This document shows positions 8,370-17,111 of a stretch of DNA of 52,650 nucleotides, piece after piece. The stretch spans positions 1 through 52,650 of IMG/VR virus record IMGVR_UViG_3300046789_000054, one strand, 5' to 3'. Each line of letters begins with the position of its first letter. The first letter of the stretch is position 1. The position numbers were made by a program, and so were the translations under genes. The DNA comes from a virus (Duplodnaviria > Caudoviricetes). The notes beneath the pieces were generated by a model that saw only the letters and a list, made by a program, of their open reading frames with translations, did not search any database and had not been told where the DNA came from.

Positions 8370-8975
8370 ATGATGGGCACCAGCCACGCACTGTCCGGCG
8401 CTGCGGTCTGGCTCACCGGATGCGCCGCCACTACGGGTCTCGGGATGCACCCAGCAGCCGACGTCGTGATCCTCGGGACGGCGGTGTGCGCCTACTCCGC
8501 TCTGCTGCCAGATATGGATCATCAGGGGTCCCGGTCGGCCCGGTCCCTCGGGCTGCTGACGCTGGGCCTGTCCCATCTCGTGGGGGCACTCTCCCGCATC
8601 GCCTACGAACGGACCAAGACACACTTGGACCGGCCGAACCGGTCCGGTCACCGCGGTCTCACACACACGGTCCTAGCAGCTGTGGTCCTCGGCTGTCTGG
8701 TCTCGGCAGGGATGATGCTCGGTCCGGTCCCGGACCTGTGGTGGACCGGACTGCCGGTCCTGGTCGGCTGCCTGGTCCATGACTGCGGCGACGGCTGCAC
8801 GCACTACGGTGTTCCGCTGTTCTGGCCGGTCCTGATCCGGGGGCAGCGGTGGTACTGCGTGGGGACCCCACGGGTGTTGCGGTTCCGGACCGGCGGTCCA
8901 GTTGAGGCGGTCTTGGTGACGCCGGTCCTGGTCCTCAGCGCTGCCCTAGCTGGGTTGCTGGTCCTGGCTGGCTGA
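8370..8975 (+). CDS. YdjM-like membrane metal-dependent hydrolase
   Basis: 'MMGTSH', 'LLPDMDH', 'HRGLTHT', 'HDCGDGCT..GVPLFWP' motifs and TM helices. Confidence 0.85.
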   Translation: MMGTSHALSGAAVWLTGCAATTGLGMHPAADVVILGTAVCAYSALLPDMDHQGSRSARSLGLLTLGLSHLVGALSRIAYERTKTHLDRPNRSGHRGLTHTVLAAVVLGCLVSAGMMLGPVPDLWWTGLPVLVGCLVHDCGDGCTHYGVPLFWPVLIRGQRWYCVGTPRVLRFRTGGPVEAVLVTPVLVLSAALAGLLVLAG

Positions 8976-9012
8976 CTGGCCAGTCTCGGATGCGGTCCCG
9001 TTCAGGAGGGCT

Positions 9013-9186
9013 TCATGGGATGTCCTCCACGTTCTCTACCGTCTTCATCTCCTTGATACCGCCACGCCGGTTCACGACCACAGTCACAGGCTGATACTCA
9101 GGCAGGTCCTTGACAGCCATCAAGATCTCCGCAGCGGTCATACCCTGCTTCCGGTTCATCGCGTACGTCACAGTGGTTCGTCTCAC
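9013..9186 (-). CDS. Small hypothetical protein
   Basis: GTGA overlap with upstream HTH gene; 57 aa. Confidence 0.55.
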   Translation of the reverse strand: MRRTTVTYAMNRKQGMTAAEILMAVKDLPEYQPVTVVVNRRGGIKEMKTVENVEDIP

Positions 9187-9416
9187 GGCTGGGCCTTCCG
9201 GTGCGCAGCGATCATCTGTCCGATACGGGACTGGGACAGGCTGAGTTGCTTGCCGACTTCGATCCACGACAGTGCCTTGCAGGCGGCGCACACGGCGGCG
9301 TTCCGCGCTTCACGGAGTTCGTGGAGCCGCGCCATGGAGTCGGCCTTCTCCTGGGTCATGGCGGCGGTGATCTGTCGGTACTCGGAGAGGATGGCGTCGC
9401 CTTGGGGTTGCGTCAT
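9183..9416 (-). CDS. Small HTH DNA-binding protein (probable repressor)
   Basis: 'LSWIEVGKQLSLSQSRIGQM' HTH; TATAGT -10 8 nt upstream. Confidence 0.75.
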   Translation of the reverse strand: MTQPQGDAILSEYRQITAAMTQEKADSMARLHELREARNAAVCAACKALSWIEVGKQLSLSQSRIGQMIAAHRKAQP

Positions 9417-9424
9417 ACCCTCAG

Positions 9425-9489
9425 ACTATACGTATGGGTATCGGTAGTCCAGACTTGACACAGACTCTAGCCGGCCCTAGAGTGGTGGC
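9425..9489. promoter_or_regulatory. Divergent sigma-A-type promoters with palindromic operator
   Basis: TTGACA(9455)-17-TAGAGT(9478)-6-ATG 9490. Inverted repeat ACTCTAG-N6-CTAGAGT at 9464-9483; minus-strand TATAGT at 9425-9430. Confidence 0.8.
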
Positions 9490-9732
9490 ATGAAGCTCAC
9501 CATTGCCCGCATCGCACTGCTGAACCACATCAACGCTGGTCGGGTTCGGTACTGCCTGCTTTTGCCTGGGACCCCAGCAGGATCCTATCTCTACGGCGCC
9601 AAAGTGACGGCGACGGTAAACGCCCTGGAAAAGGCCGGACTGTGCCGACTCCCAGCAAACCACCGCTCTTATCGCGGCGCGGCGTGGGAGCTGACTGACG
9701 CAGGCCGCGCCGCGCTGGAGGAAAACCAGTGA
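9490..9732 (+). CDS. Hypothetical protein, winged-helix-like
   Basis: Leaderless start; 'TVNALEKAGL...WELTDAGRAAL' wHTH-like ending. Confidence 0.65.
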   Translation: MKLTIARIALLNHINAGRVRYCLLLPGTPAGSYLYGAKVTATVNALEKAGLCRLPANHRSYRGAAWELTDAGRAALEENQ

Positions 9733-10043
9733 TCGAAACCTGTGGCACCTGCGGTGACCCCGTGCAGTACGAAGACGAGGAAACCATGCCCCCCCGCGAC
9801 AACGACGACCAAGCGATCTGCGACACCTGCTACGCAGCCGCAGACGCCCAGGTAAGCGCCCTAGTCGACGCATCGTTCCGGCTACGGCTCCGTGCCTGCC
9901 AACATCATGCCCGTGCGTGGGCGATGGAGTTCGGGGAGTTCGGGTCCCGCAGCAAGGCACTTCAGCGGATGCGCTACGCCGACATGGCCGCCGACCGTCT
10001 GAAGGTCCGGGCGGACGAAATCAGGGAGAGAATGAGCCTGTGA
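9729..10043 (+). CDS. Hypothetical protein with two CxxC motifs
   Basis: Coupled start; CGTC and CDTC. Confidence 0.65.
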   Translation: MIETCGTCGDPVQYEDEETMPPRDNDDQAICDTCYAAADAQVSALVDASFRLRLRACQHHARAWAMEFGEFGSRSKALQRMRYADMAADRLKVRADEIRERMSL

Positions 10044-10288
10044 AGACTGACCTTGAGCAGCAGACTCTCGCGGCGCTTCGAAGCCGCGTGAGCGAACTCG
10101 AAGACGCCCTCGCGCTCACCCTGTGGTTCCTAGGCCCGATCAAGGTCACCCAGGAAGCCGCTGAGCAGGTCCCTGCGGAGCTGGAAGTAGAGATCAGCCT
10201 CACGGACCAGCAGTGGACGGCACGGGCTGTTGAGGTCCCTCCTGTGCCTGCGTTCTCAACCCCCCAGGACATCATCACAGGGCACTGA
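10040..10288 (+). CDS. Hypothetical protein
   Basis: GTGA coupling, ends before terminator. Confidence 0.6.
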   Translation: MKTDLEQQTLAALRSRVSELEDALALTLWFLGPIKVTQEAAEQVPAELEVEISLTDQQWTARAVEVPPVPAFSTPQDIITGH

Positions 10289-10302
10289 CCTACCTACACA
10301 CG

Positions 10303-10337
10303 GAACGGCCCCGCTCGTCACCCGAGCGGGGCCGTTC
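10303..10337. terminator. Terminator hairpin between convergent units
   Basis: GAACGGCCCCGCTCG-TCACC-CGAGCGGGGCCGTTC 15-bp stem. Confidence 0.85.
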
Positions 10338-10388
10338 GTGGTCTCAAGCCCAAGTCGCGCCGTTTCCCATCCTGCTCACCTCCCTCGG

Positions 10389-10679
10389 CTACGCCGGCTC
10401 CCACCGGGCGCCGCGGATCCACCCATGATGGCCGCAGCGGGTGCACAGCAGCGACGGCGCGAGCGTCAACGGCTCCAGCGACTCGACCTGCCACACCGGC
10501 ATCCCAGGAAACGCTTCCGCGACGCCGGGCAGGTCGAACATGATGCTGCCCTGACAGCGGCCGCCACCATCGGCCCGGTCATGCTGCTCGACCAGGCCCG
10601 CCGGATCATGCCCCCGCCAGATGGTCAGGCGGATCGTCACCCCGTGGCCAATGGCCGCGACTCCCTCAGTCAGAGCCAC
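10389..10679 (-). CDS. Small DUF6527-like metal-binding protein
   Basis: C-terminal 'LTLAPSLLCTRCGHHGWIRGARW'; GTG overlaps end of upstream gene. Confidence 0.55.
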   Translation of the reverse strand: MALTEGVAAIGHGVTIRLTIWRGHDPAGLVEQHDRADGGGRCQGSIMFDLPGVAEAFPGMPVWQVESLEPLTLAPSLLCTRCGHHGWIRGARWEPA

Positions 10680-12448
10680 TGGCCGTCCGCACCACGCAGC
10701 CCGTACACCTGAATCGTGCCGGTCGTCATCCGCAGCGTCGGTGACCCGCTCGGGCTGGCGACGGTCGCGGCGAGGGACAGCCACCCGCCATCGGCGGGGA
10801 GCGGGTCGAGGAGCGCCGCGGGACTCCACATCTCGACCGGCGCACCGAGGTCGGCAGCGTTCGACAGGGCAGCGAGGATCTTCCCGCCCTGCATCATCCG
10901 AATCGTGTACGAGGCGCAGGACCCGGCTTGGAGGTTCCACCGGCCCGCGTGCCGAGCGAACAGGCGCTTCCCCGCGAACTCACCGGGGATCTCGACCTGG
11001 AACGCGGCGAGCCCGGTCTGCCCGGTGCCCAGGGCGGGAGTGACGAACGCCGGCCCGCCCCACCCGGCAGATGCGATCAGCACGAGCTCGGGCGCATCGG
11101 CCCGGGCGTGAACGACGTCATCCGCGGCGGCGAGGTCGACCACGAGGACACCGCCGGCCTGATTCGCCCAGCAGTAGTCGCTGGCGCTCCACTTGTTCAC
11201 CGGCAGCGCCGGCACCGGGAGGTCTTCCTGCTGGCTCGGGCACACGACGACTTCGATCCGGCCACGTTCCAGCACCGTGCGCGCCGCGATGCTGAACTCG
11301 CAGCCGTACAGCGGCCAGTTCAGCACGCTCGCCTCGGCCATATCACCGCCCGGAGTGATATCGCGGAGCATCAGCGACCCGCCCCGCTCGGGGTTGTGCC
11401 GATACAGCAGGTACACCTGGCCGCCGTAGCAGGCGACCGCCGGCCGGGACAGTTCCGCGTTGACCCCGTTCAACCCGGACCCGTAGCTCATGGCGTGGAG
11501 CCAGTCGGTCAGTACCTCGTTCACCCAAGCCGACCCGTCCCAGTACAAGTGCGCGTACTGCGTCCGCGGGTCCGTCGGTGAGCTCCACAGCTCGTTGCCG
11601 ATGTGCGGGTGGCCGGCGTCATCGACGGCCATGCCGCACGAGTTCAGCAGCCCCGAGTTCGTCGGGGCCGTGTTCAGGGCGGGCGCCCAGGCGGCGTGTG
11701 TCAGCGGCACCGTCAGCGGGGTCCCGTCCATCTGCTGCCACGTGGAGCCGTGGTCCAGGGACCGGGCGTGGCACACATCGTTGTTGCTCGACGCGGGTCC
11801 GTCCCGCCAGATCACCGCGATGTGGATGGAGTCATCCGGGCCGACACCGATGTAGTGCAGGTACGGGGACTCCCCGGACGCGACCGCGTCAACGAGCGGG
11901 TTCCCGACCCGCGCCCAGGTCTTCGTCGCGGTGTTGTACCTGTTCAGGTAGACGTTCCCCAACCCCGACACACCATCGCGGTAGGTGACCAGGAGCGTTC
12001 CGTCGCCGCACGTCACGAACTGCGGGTAGGTGACCTGCGCTTCCTGCGTCCCTACCATGGCCGGCGCGACCCAGGTAGTGATGTCTCTCGGGTTCGCCGA
12101 CCGGGCGTAGTGCAGCGGGACGTTGTGGTGGTTCCCCGCGAGGTGGAGGTACCCGTCGGCGTCCATCGCCATCGACCAGGTGTTGTGCCCATCAGCGAGG
12201 TTCGGCAACGCGAACTCGGTCACCATCGCAGGGATCGCGGAGAGGTCTTTCACCTGCCACCGACCGTACCGCAGGACCCGCTTCCCCACGACCGGCTGGA
12301 GCGACCCGTTCAGCCACACCGCGTACCGCACCTCACGGCCAGACTCGACCGTGACCAGTGTGTTGTCCTGCGTGAACGGCTCCCCGTTCACCGCCCGCTG
12401 ACCACCCGCAGTGCCGGGAAACAGATCAAGCTCAATCGCCTGCGTCAC
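10670..12448 (-). CDS. BNR-4 repeat beta-propeller protein (candidate depolymerase/tail spike)
   Basis: 'DGHNTWSMAMDADGYLHLAGNHHN', 'TYPQF', Asp-box 'ARSLDHGSTW'; AGGGAG RBS before GTG 12448. Confidence 0.7.
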   Translation of the reverse strand: MTQAIELDLFPGTAGGQRAVNGEPFTQDNTLVTVESGREVRYAVWLNGSLQPVVGKRVLRYGRWQVKDLSAIPAMVTEFALPNLADGHNTWSMAMDADGYLHLAGNHHNVPLHYARSANPRDITTWVAPAMVGTQEAQVTYPQFVTCGDGTLLVTYRDGVSGLGNVYLNRYNTATKTWARVGNPLVDAVASGESPYLHYIGVGPDDSIHIAVIWRDGPASSNNDVCHARSLDHGSTWQQMDGTPLTVPLTHAAWAPALNTAPTNSGLLNSCGMAVDDAGHPHIGNELWSSPTDPRTQYAHLYWDGSAWVNEVLTDWLHAMSYGSGLNGVNAELSRPAVACYGGQVYLLYRHNPERGGSLMLRDITPGGDMAEASVLNWPLYGCEFSIAARTVLERGRIEVVVCPSQQEDLPVPALPVNKWSASDYCWANQAGGVLVVDLAAADDVVHARADAPELVLIASAGWGGPAFVTPALGTGQTGLAAFQVEIPGEFAGKRLFARHAGRWNLQAGSCASYTIRMMQGGKILAALSNAADLGAPVEMWSPAALLDPLPADGGWLSLAATVASPSGSPTLRMTTGTIQVYGLRGADGQWL

Positions 12449-12461
12449 GGAGCGCTCCCTA

Positions 12462-13778
12462 CTAGCCGAGGTCAATCACGAACAGGGAACGCTTCCCCGT
12501 CGGAGTCAAGACTCCAGTACCACCGACGCGCTGCGCGAACATCCGGAGAGTCTGCGTACCCGTCAGCCCACTCACCGTGTCGCCGATCACCACACCCACT
12601 CGACCTACGGACCCGACCGCGAGCGTCGCGAAACCCAACACAGCAGCCACAGACGGCGACCCGCTCGTAGGCGTGGACCCTCCCCCATTGCGGATATTCA
12701 GGTCCCACGTGTCACCCGCGACGCTGCCGTTCGGCAGCAGCCCCATCAGGAGCACGAGATAGGTGTGAGACGCGATCGCGGTGAACACGTAACTGCCCAG
12801 GACAGCATCAGCGGTGTCCGTGGTACCGCTCGTCGCGGTACCGTTGCTCGCTGTTTTCGTCGCCGCCGCAGGGATCAGCGACGGCAGCGGGTCAGACCCG
12901 CCCGTAGCGTGCGACGCGGCATGCGCAGTCGGCGTCCGAGCGTCCGAGAGGCGACTGTCGTTTCCCTGCGCCGCAGTGCCGCTGCCCGAGCCGTACACCA
13001 CGGCCAAGGTGCGGTCCGCGCTCAGGTCACCGCCGCCACTCAGACCAGTACCAGCAGACACCAGGCGGGTACTGGGTGGCACCCCGAGGTTGGTCCGGGA
13101 TGTGACTACGGACGCGACATCGGACAGGTTCGCCGACTTCAGCATCCGCAGCAGGTCGGCGGTGTTCTGCGCCGTCGAGACGGGTTTGTTCGCGTCGCTG
13201 GTGTTGTCGACGTTCCCGAGGCCAACATCGCTCTTCGTCAGGACAACGGTGCCGCTCATCCCGTTGACGGTGTTCACCCCGCCAGCGGGGCCGGTAGGTC
13301 CAGCGGGGCCGGTAGGTCCAGCGGGCCCGGTGAGCCCCGTAGAGCCAGTCGGGCCGGTAGGCCCTGCAGGGCCTACCGGACCAGTGGGTCCGGGCGGTCC
13401 GGGCGGCCCAGCGATGATGATCGCGGACGGCTCGATCGATGGGGCGATGTCCGCGAGTTCCAGAGTCGACGCCGAATACGGCAGCTGAAGCGCGAACTTC
13501 GCTTCCAGCACGTCCGTGTGGACGTGTACGTAGTACGCCCAGTCAGTCGGTGACACATCGGGGGAGTCGTTCGCGATCAGGTCGATCGTGGCCTCGCCTG
13601 CAGCGTCGAGGACAGCGGTCCGTTCGGTAGGCCCAACGAGGTAGTTGTCGTCGGTGTCGCGGAGGTATCGGTACTCCCCGCGGAACGTGACGGTTCCGCC
13701 TAGGGCGGCGGGTGTTCCGTCGTCTCCGGTGATCGCGATGTGCAGCGTCGTCTCCAGGACGGCTGCGGGTAGTGGCAT
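12462..13778 (-). CDS. Tail fibre / minor tail protein with collagen-like repeats
   Basis: About 14 Gly-X-Y triplets followed by '[27 protein letters not shown]' fibre motif. Confidence 0.85.
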   Translation of the reverse strand: MPLPAAVLETTLHIAITGDDGTPAALGGTVTFRGEYRYLRDTDDNYLVGPTERTAVLDAAGEATIDLIANDSPDVSPTDWAYYVHVHTDVLEAKFALQLPYSASTLELADIAPSIEPSAIIIAGPPGPPGPTGPVGPAGPTGPTGSTGLTGPAGPTGPAGPTGPAGGVNTVNGMSGTVVLTKSDVGLGNVDNTSDANKPVSTAQNTADLLRMLKSANLSDVASVVTSRTNLGVPPSTRLVSAGTGLSGGGDLSADRTLAVVYGSGSGTAAQGNDSRLSDARTPTAHAASHATGGSDPLPSLIPAAATKTASNGTATSGTTDTADAVLGSYVFTAIASHTYLVLLMGLLPNGSVAGDTWDLNIRNGGGSTPTSGSPSVAAVLGFATLAVGSVGRVGVVIGDTVSGLTGTQTLRMFAQRVGGTGVLTPTGKRSLFVIDLG

Positions 13779-13845
13779 GGGTTGAGGATAGCCCCCGTGG
13801 GGCGAGGTAGGGCGGACGCTGGTGCGGGCGCCGACGTGCGACAGT

Positions 13846-13882
13846 GAGCAGCCCCCGCAGGCTAAAGGTGCGGGGGCTGCTC
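13846..13882. terminator. Hairpin after lysis cassette
   Basis: GAGCAGCCCCCGCA / TGCGGGGGCTGCTC 14-bp stem. Confidence 0.8.
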
Positions 13883-13915
13883 TGCCTGATCAAGGGCACC
13901 TTCGATACTACAGGG

Positions 13916-14257
13916 TCAGGCCGCTGAAGCGGGTGCCTTCGCGGTCACCTGCGGACGCACGAAGATCACCGCGATCGTCATCGACACCGCCGACAGCAGC
14001 AGCGCCTGCTTCTCCGCAGGCAGGTCATACCCGAACGCCACAGCCGCGTAGAAAACTGCCTGCACAACACCCAGCAGCACCGGAAGGAACCGGTCGGATT
14101 TCAGCCCGAGCGCAGCGAGCATCGTGAGCCCACCCAGGACCGTGTTCACCGTCCCGACCTGGTCATCGGACCAGTGCAGCCAGAACGCCGACAGGACAGA
14201 CAGCAGAGAAGCCACAGCAGCGATGATCGCCGCCGGCTCCCGGTCGAACAGCTTCAT
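13916..14257 (-). CDS. Holin
   Basis: Four TM helices, 'REPA' start and 'RPQVT' end typical of actinophage holins; in lysis cluster. Confidence 0.75.
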   Translation of the reverse strand: MKLFDREPAAIIAAVASLLSVLSAFWLHWSDDQVGTVNTVLGGLTMLAALGLKSDRFLPVLLGVVQAVFYAAVAFGYDLPAEKQALLLSAVSMTIAVIFVRPQVTAKAPASAA

Positions 14258-14562
14258 GACGGTTCCTCTCGGTCAGGGCGCCGAAGATGCGCCAACTGTG
14301 TACGGATCAGTATCGACGCCCGCCACCACCCCGCCGCGGCGAACGCACCGAAGAACAGCAGCAGCAGCACGGGGTGGCCCGGGTAGTCACCGAACACAGC
14401 CCGCGCCAACGTCAGCAGCAGCACGACAGCCTCGATGCTCATGAACGTCATCAGGTGCCAGCCCATCTCCGACCGCCACCACGGCGTCAACGCGAACAGG
14501 GCAACGAACGTGCCGATGCCGCCCAACGCGACAACAGTCAAGACCAGTAGAGCAGTGTTCAT
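14254..14562 (-). CDS. Membrane protein (putative holin)
   Basis: Three TM helices, 'WWRSEMGWHLM'. Confidence 0.65.
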   Translation of the reverse strand: MNTALLVLTVVALGGIGTFVALFALTPWWRSEMGWHLMTFMSIEAVVLLLTLARAVFGDYPGHPVLLLLFFGAFAAAGWWRASILIRTQLAHLRRPDREEPS

Positions 14563-14762
14563 GCGTCCCCCCGGAGCGCCTTGTCCATCAGCTCAGAGAA
14601 GTGATTCTTCCGTCTGAGCTCCAACAGTGAATCCGTGACCCGGTGGATCCGCGCCCATCGAGTCGCCTGCTCACTGAGCTTCCTGCTCGCGGCTTCCAGC
14701 GCTTCCGCGGCCTCATCACCGCACGTAGGTGCGGTGTCGTTCCGGACTTCGTCTTCGGTCAT
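14559..14762 (-). CDS. Lysis-cluster small protein
   Basis: 'LRRKNHFSELM' C-terminus; coupled on both sides. Confidence 0.65.
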   Translation of the reverse strand: MTEDEVRNDTAPTCGDEAAEALEAASRKLSEQATRWARIHRVTDSLLELRRKNHFSELMDKALRGDA

Positions 14763-15160
14763 CGGGACCCCTTGCTCCGTGTCCCCGCCGGCAGCGCATG
14801 GATGAACTGCTCGATCGTCTCGAACCCATCCAGGAGCGTCCCGAGCTGCCGATCGGTCACGTCCGCGCGAGCCGCATGCATCTCAGCGGTCGTCTTCCAC
14901 TGCTGCTCACGGACCTTCGACTCTTCGATGCGGTCCTCAAGCTGCGCGACGATCTGCTCCACGGTACTTCTCGGCATCCACCGCCCCGTAGTAATAGCGG
15001 AGGAAACGGTCCGAAGCCCTACAATGACGGTCGTAACGAGACCAAACAGCAAGGCACCGAACACGTACCACAGCCACGCTGGGCCAGAGTCCGGCAGGCT
15101 GGCCGCAGCAACCCCCCGTGCTGCGGCCAGCCATGCCTTCCCATCCGCCCATCCGGTCAT
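14759..15160 (-). CDS. Membrane protein with coiled coil (lysis cluster)
   Basis: One TM helix plus heptad-rich tail. Confidence 0.7.
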   Translation of the reverse strand: MTGWADGKAWLAAARGVAAASLPDSGPAWLWYVFGALLFGLVTTVIVGLRTVSSAITTGRWMPRSTVEQIVAQLEDRIEESKVREQQWKTTAEMHAARADVTDRQLGTLLDGFETIEQFIHALPAGTRSKGSR

Positions 15161-15867
15161 CAGCTCGGAGGCACCGCACCGACAACCGGACCGAACGTCT
15201 CCACGTCAGCGACCTCAACGGTCTTCCGACCGAGCGCAGCCTCCCATGACTTCGCAGCCGCGCCGGTCCTGATCCACTCCCGGGTGCGTTTCCCGGCGGC
15301 GTCGAACACCACCAGGTACACCGGGGCCGTGTCCTTCTTCCGGACGAGTAGCGGTGTCATGTCGTCATCTCCTGTCGGTAGGACGGGTGTCGGGATCTCA
15401 TCAGGGAACCGTTGGCCGTTCGCGACCCAGCGGAGAAACCGCAGCAGCAGGTCGCTGTCTACCGAGCCGTTCTCGAAGCTCAGGTGTGCGTGCGAGTCTC
15501 CGGAGTACCGCGGTTTCAGGGTGCCGGCTACAGCCGCACGCCAGTTCTCGGCTGTCTGGATGTTCCAGTGCCTGTTCAGAACGTTCAGGTACTTCAGCCC
15601 AGCGAGCTCGCGGCGGCGCCAGGACCGGCGGATGAACGTCTCCAGCAGCGCCAGCGTTGCCGTGGTCGCGCCGATGTCTTCTGCGTGGATTTCTCCCTGG
15701 GTTGGGTAACCGAACTTCCCGACGTGGGTAGAGCGGCAGGTGTGATCACCGGCTCCCGCCTGGTGCGCGTCATCGCCGAACGTGCCGGAGTCCGTCAGCT
15801 CGGGCCTGGTGACGGCCTTCACCACCCGCAGGTTCGCCGCGACGTTCGCCGCGAGGACGCAGCTCAT
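15160..15867 (-). CDS. Endolysin, putative M15-like zinc peptidase
   Basis: 'GTFGDDAH..GDH...HAEDI...YSGDSHAHLSF' (His/Asp/HxH), Pro linker, position before holins. Confidence 0.7.
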   Translation of the reverse strand: MSCVLAANVAANLRVVKAVTRPELTDSGTFGDDAHQAGAGDHTCRSTHVGKFGYPTQGEIHAEDIGATTATLALLETFIRRSWRRRELAGLKYLNVLNRHWNIQTAENWRAAVAGTLKPRYSGDSHAHLSFENGSVDSDLLLRFLRWVANGQRFPDEIPTPVLPTGDDDMTPLLVRKKDTAPVYLVVFDAAGKRTREWIRTGAAAKSWEAALGRKTVEVADVETFGPVVGAVPPS

Positions 15868-16031
15868 AGCGGGGTCTCCGCCGCAGCGGCTTTCCCGGCC
15901 GCCCGGTAGGCAGCCGTGAACTCTTCGAGCTCGTCTGCGGTCAGAACACGGTCCTCGTCCAGGTCCGGCGCCTCCACCTCAGCGTTGCTGAAGTCCGGGT
16001 GTAGACCGTTGACCTGCTCGTTCGCGCTCAT
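15864..16031 (-). CDS. Small acidic hypothetical protein
   Basis: Strong AAGGAGG RBS; ATGA coupling to endolysin. Confidence 0.6.
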   Translation of the reverse strand: MSANEQVNGLHPDFSNAEVEAPDLDEDRVLTADELEEFTAAYRAAGKAAAAETPL

Positions 16032-16045
16032 AGCCCCCTCCTTAG

Positions 16046-16654
16046 TCACTGGGAAAGCACCCCGAACGCCACCATCGTCACTTCCGCGGTGACGGGATGG
16101 ACAGGTGCGGTTACCCCGGCTCCGGACATCGCCGTGTTCCGGATCGCCGCAGAAACGAGCAACGTACCGCCGGCTGGGACACGCGCGATCAACACACGGT
16201 TCGCTTGCCCGTTCCAGGTCAGCGTCGTCAAACCGGCCCCGAACATGTCCTCAGATGCGACGTTCGTGTACACCAGTCCCGCGCCGCCGGTCGACACCCC
16301 CAGCGACACATGCACCCCCGACAGGGAAGGAATCGCTGTCGACCAATTCGCCCGGATCACGACGATGCAGTCCAGCGGCGCCACCGTTGACGGGTTGATC
16401 AGAGTGGCATCGTGCTGCGGGTAGGTCTGGTTCGCCCCGGCCGCGAGATCAGCGTTGAAGGTTTGCGCGCCCTGCGCAGACGTAAGCGTGTACACGTCTT
16501 TCGGCGGAGTCCACAACCCCAACGCCGAATCCACCGCCAACCCGTTGCCCGCCGCGATCGACCCCGCGAACGGCCACGCCGCTGCCCGACGTGGCCCCCG
16601 CAGCTGCAACACCCCGTTCGTGACCTGGAACTCCACATCCACACAGACATCCAT
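16046..16654 (-). CDS. Minor tail protein
   Basis: TGATG-coupled; beta-rich Ala/Gly/Thr composition; position. Confidence 0.65.
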   Translation of the reverse strand: MDVCVDVEFQVTNGVLQLRGPRRAAAWPFAGSIAAGNGLAVDSALGLWTPPKDVYTLTSAQGAQTFNADLAAGANQTYPQHDATLINPSTVAPLDCIVVIRANWSTAIPSLSGVHVSLGVSTGGAGLVYTNVASEDMFGAGLTTLTWNGQANRVLIARVPAGGTLLVSAAIRNTAMSGAGVTAPVHPVTAEVTMVAFGVLSQ

Positions 16655-17055
16655 CAGGTCAGCCCCTTCGCGATGTCCCAGACCCGCCACCGGTTCGCCG
16701 CCACGTCATACATCGCGTGGTAGATGTCCGTTAGCCCCGATGAAACAGCGGTGACGCTCAGCCCGGTCGCGAGGACGAACCCGCCCGCGCCAGCCGTCAG
16801 CGTCGGTGTCCGGGCGCCACCGGAGGCCCGCAGCGCCCACACCGCCTGCTGCCCATCCGCGGGGTTCGTGGGAGCCAGCAGCGTGCGGTTCCCGGCCATC
16901 AGCAACCGGAACGAGTCCGACAGCGAAGCGTCTGTAGCGACCGTTGCCCCATCGACCAGATCCACCGGGGGGCGGAGCTGCCGCAGGTTCACCGCGCCGG
17001 TCTGCCCCTGGACCGAATCGACCATCCCGGTCGGGCATCCGCAGCGAGCCATCAA
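16654..17055 (-). CDS. Minor tail protein
   Basis: 'MARCGC..VDSVQGQTGAVNL' and 'NRTLLAPTNPADGQ' fibre-like motifs. Confidence 0.65.
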   Translation of the reverse strand: MMARCGCPTGMVDSVQGQTGAVNLRQLRPPVDLVDGATVATDASLSDSFRLLMAGNRTLLAPTNPADGQQAVWALRASGGARTPTLTAGAGGFVLATGLSVTAVSSGLTDIYHAMYDVAANRWRVWDIAKGLT

Positions 17056-17111
17056 CGTGTCCGTCCCGGCCCACCCCGGCTCGTAGCTTCAGCGGGCGAG
17101 GCCATCACTGG

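Noticed and set aside
3435-9000. Transfer module as an independently inserted AICE or plasmid
   Set aside because: No integrase, RCR rep or flanking att-like repeats were recognised around it. The 33-bp repeats flank the MTase, not this module. Ancestral capture remains likely.
13280-13410. GGNCCN nucleotide repeats
   Set aside because: Explained by collagen Gly-Pro-X codons in the tail fibre.
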